NCBI GenBank assembly: GCA_963777955.1
Contig: CAVZSQ010000021.1
Span: 96,001 to 160,000, forward strand
DNA: 64,000 nucleotides
Direction of reading: 5' to 3'
Origin: Calditrichia bacterium
Lineage (GTDB): Bacteria; Calditrichota; Calditrichia; JAJRVZ01
Shown here: one piece after another, positions 62,712 to 64,000 of the stretch
Layout: every line of letters starts with the position of its first letter
Position numbering within the stretch: the stretch's first letter is position 1
The notes under the pieces: generated by a model
Seen by the model: only the letters and a program-made list of their open reading frames with translations
Database searches by the model: none
Told to the model about the DNA's origin: nothing
Position numbers and translations under genes: made by a program

Positions 62712-64000
62712 ATGTTTGAGAATTTAGTGGACGCCCTGATAAAGAAAGTCAAGACCGAAGTGGTAACGGATCCGAACATGAAAGAAATACCACTGGCTTA
62801 TCTGCAGCGCCGTAATATTCCTGAATCCATCAAGCATTTTTTAAGTCAGGAAGTGGAACTGTGGATCCGTGAAGAAGAACAGAAATTCAGTTCCAGCGAC
62901 CAGTTCGATTATGATGCCCCCCAGGTTCGAATGCTGATCGATCAGATCTTTGATTTTCTCAAGCAGAATTCACGCTTTCACCTTAACAAATTTAATCAGT
63001 TAGTCGAACGTGCCGTCAAATTGGAAATGAACTACCTGATCGAACCTCATCGCACACTCAGTCAATTCATTTTCAAGAATAGCCAGGTTGTTTCGACCAT
63101 GGATGTCTATAATACCCTGAAATATTTCTTTCGCCTGGAATATTACAAGAATGCTATTTCCGAATATTTTAATACCAAATACCTGCGCGAAATATCCCAG
63201 GAACAGTTTCAAAAATTAGTTGCCCGGATCGATGAGAACGTCTTTAAGACCAATTTATACGAGACCACACTCAAAACCATTAAGACCATCGCTGCTTTTG
63301 TCTCGGAAGCCGTCGGTACTCCCCTGGAAAAAATTGACGTGGATTTATTGCTGCATGTATTCCGCGACCGCAACCTGGAAGTTTATACGGATTTGATGGA
63401 AAAACTAATAGCCAAAAATATTAAAGAAATAGGTATACCGGAACTGGAGATAATTTTACGTGATCAAAATCTAGCCAGTCTTGAACCCAAGCAGGTGAAA
63501 GAAGTTCCTCCGGAACCACAACTTAAAATGGAAAAACTGCAATCCATTGAAGAAAGCAAGCCTCAGGTAGAGGTTGCCTCCATTGAAGTCGGTGAAATGG
63601 TAACCAAACCCGTAGTTGAAGAAGAAGAGGAAGAAGAGGAAGAAGAGGAAGAAGAGGCGGCACCGGTTTCCACTGTAAAGAAGTCCAGTGTGGCCGAGGA
63701 AATGGCCGATTTTGTGGCTAAAAAAATCAGTTCGGGCCAGCCTTTGCAGGATCTGAATTTAATTTTTACCGGACGGGACCGTAAGAAATACATCAAAAAA
63801 TTATTCAAGAAGAAAGAGAAGGAATTTGTCGCCTTTATTAATAACGTCAATGGTCAGCCCAGCTGGAAAGACGCTTCGGTAATCATCGACGAAGAATTTT
63901 ACCAGCGCGGTATAAATCCTTACTCCAAAGAGGCGATTAATTTTTCCGATACAATTTATTTACGCTTCTTTCCCAAAGATAAATATGTGGGTGAGCACTA
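62712..64000 (+). CDS. Hypothetical helical protein (about 429 aa) with an acidic poly-Glu linker; absent from the ORF track because its stop is not within the window
   Basis: RBS aaggggag, ATG 62712 (MFENLVDALIKKV..), frame reads open to ..RFFPKDKYVGEH followed by 'TA' at the edge. Confidence 0.8.
   Translation, partial: MFENLVDALIKKVKTEVVTDPNMKEIPLAYLQRRNIPESIKHFLSQEVELWIREEEQKFSSSDQFDYDAPQVRMLIDQIFDFLKQNSRFHLNKFNQLVERAVKLEMNYLIEPHRTLSQFIFKNSQVVSTMDVYNTLKYFFRLEYYKNAISEYFNTKYLREISQEQFQKLVARIDENVFKTNLYETTLKTIKTIAAFVSEAVGTPLEKIDVDLLLHVFRDRNLEVYTDLMEKLIAKNIKEIGIPELEIILRDQNLASLEPKQVKEVPPEPQLKMEKLQSIEESKPQVEVASIEVGEMVTKPVVEEEEEEEEEEEEEAAPVSTVKKSSVAEEMADFVAKKISSGQPLQDLNLIFTGRDRKKYIKKLFKKKEKEFVAFINNVNGQPSWKDASVIIDEEFYQRGINPYSKEAINFSDTIYLRFFPKDKYVGEH
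63618..63656 (+). repeat. GAA/GAG repeat (GAA + (GAAGAAGAG)x4) encoding 13 consecutive Glu
   Basis: Read directly from the sequence, in frame with the 62712 ORF. Confidence 0.9.

Noticed and set aside
63563..63850. Poly-Ser minus-strand ORF
   Set aside because: Antisense reading of the poly-Glu tract of the 62712 ORF.

Overview
Bacterial chromosomal DNA, mostly housekeeping genes. Gene content suggests an FCB-group diderm, possibly Calditrichota-like (inference from alpha2-type GlyRS, Bacteroidota-type LptD and a conserved FCB-type secreted protein). Left end: a compact operon of two D-Ala-D-Ala-ligase-like ATP-grasp genes, a GNAT acetyltransferase and a lysine 2,3-aminomutase (KamA-like). 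This is the best candidate for an uncharacterised biosynthetic system, probably making a beta-lysine-containing amide. Next come a Rho-N-like small protein, an M3 peptidase, a K+-independent H+-PPase, accessory genes, an 11-subunit complex I operon without nuoEFG (an 8-mer repeat lies between nuoD and nuoH), and a membrane protein/hybrid kinase pair. A long minus-strand block follows in transcription order: uppS, folC, rho, rpmE, DUF1385, prfA, prmC, rnr, lptD, tonB, exbB, exbD, holB, ricT, metG, tatD, rsmA, recO, glyQS. The right end has a plus-strand lepA-lepB-hemW block. About 18 single-base frameshifts, many in essential genes, look like sequencing or consensus errors. I found no rRNA, tRNA, CRISPR or transposase. 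All calls come from motif recognition by eye; no searches were run.
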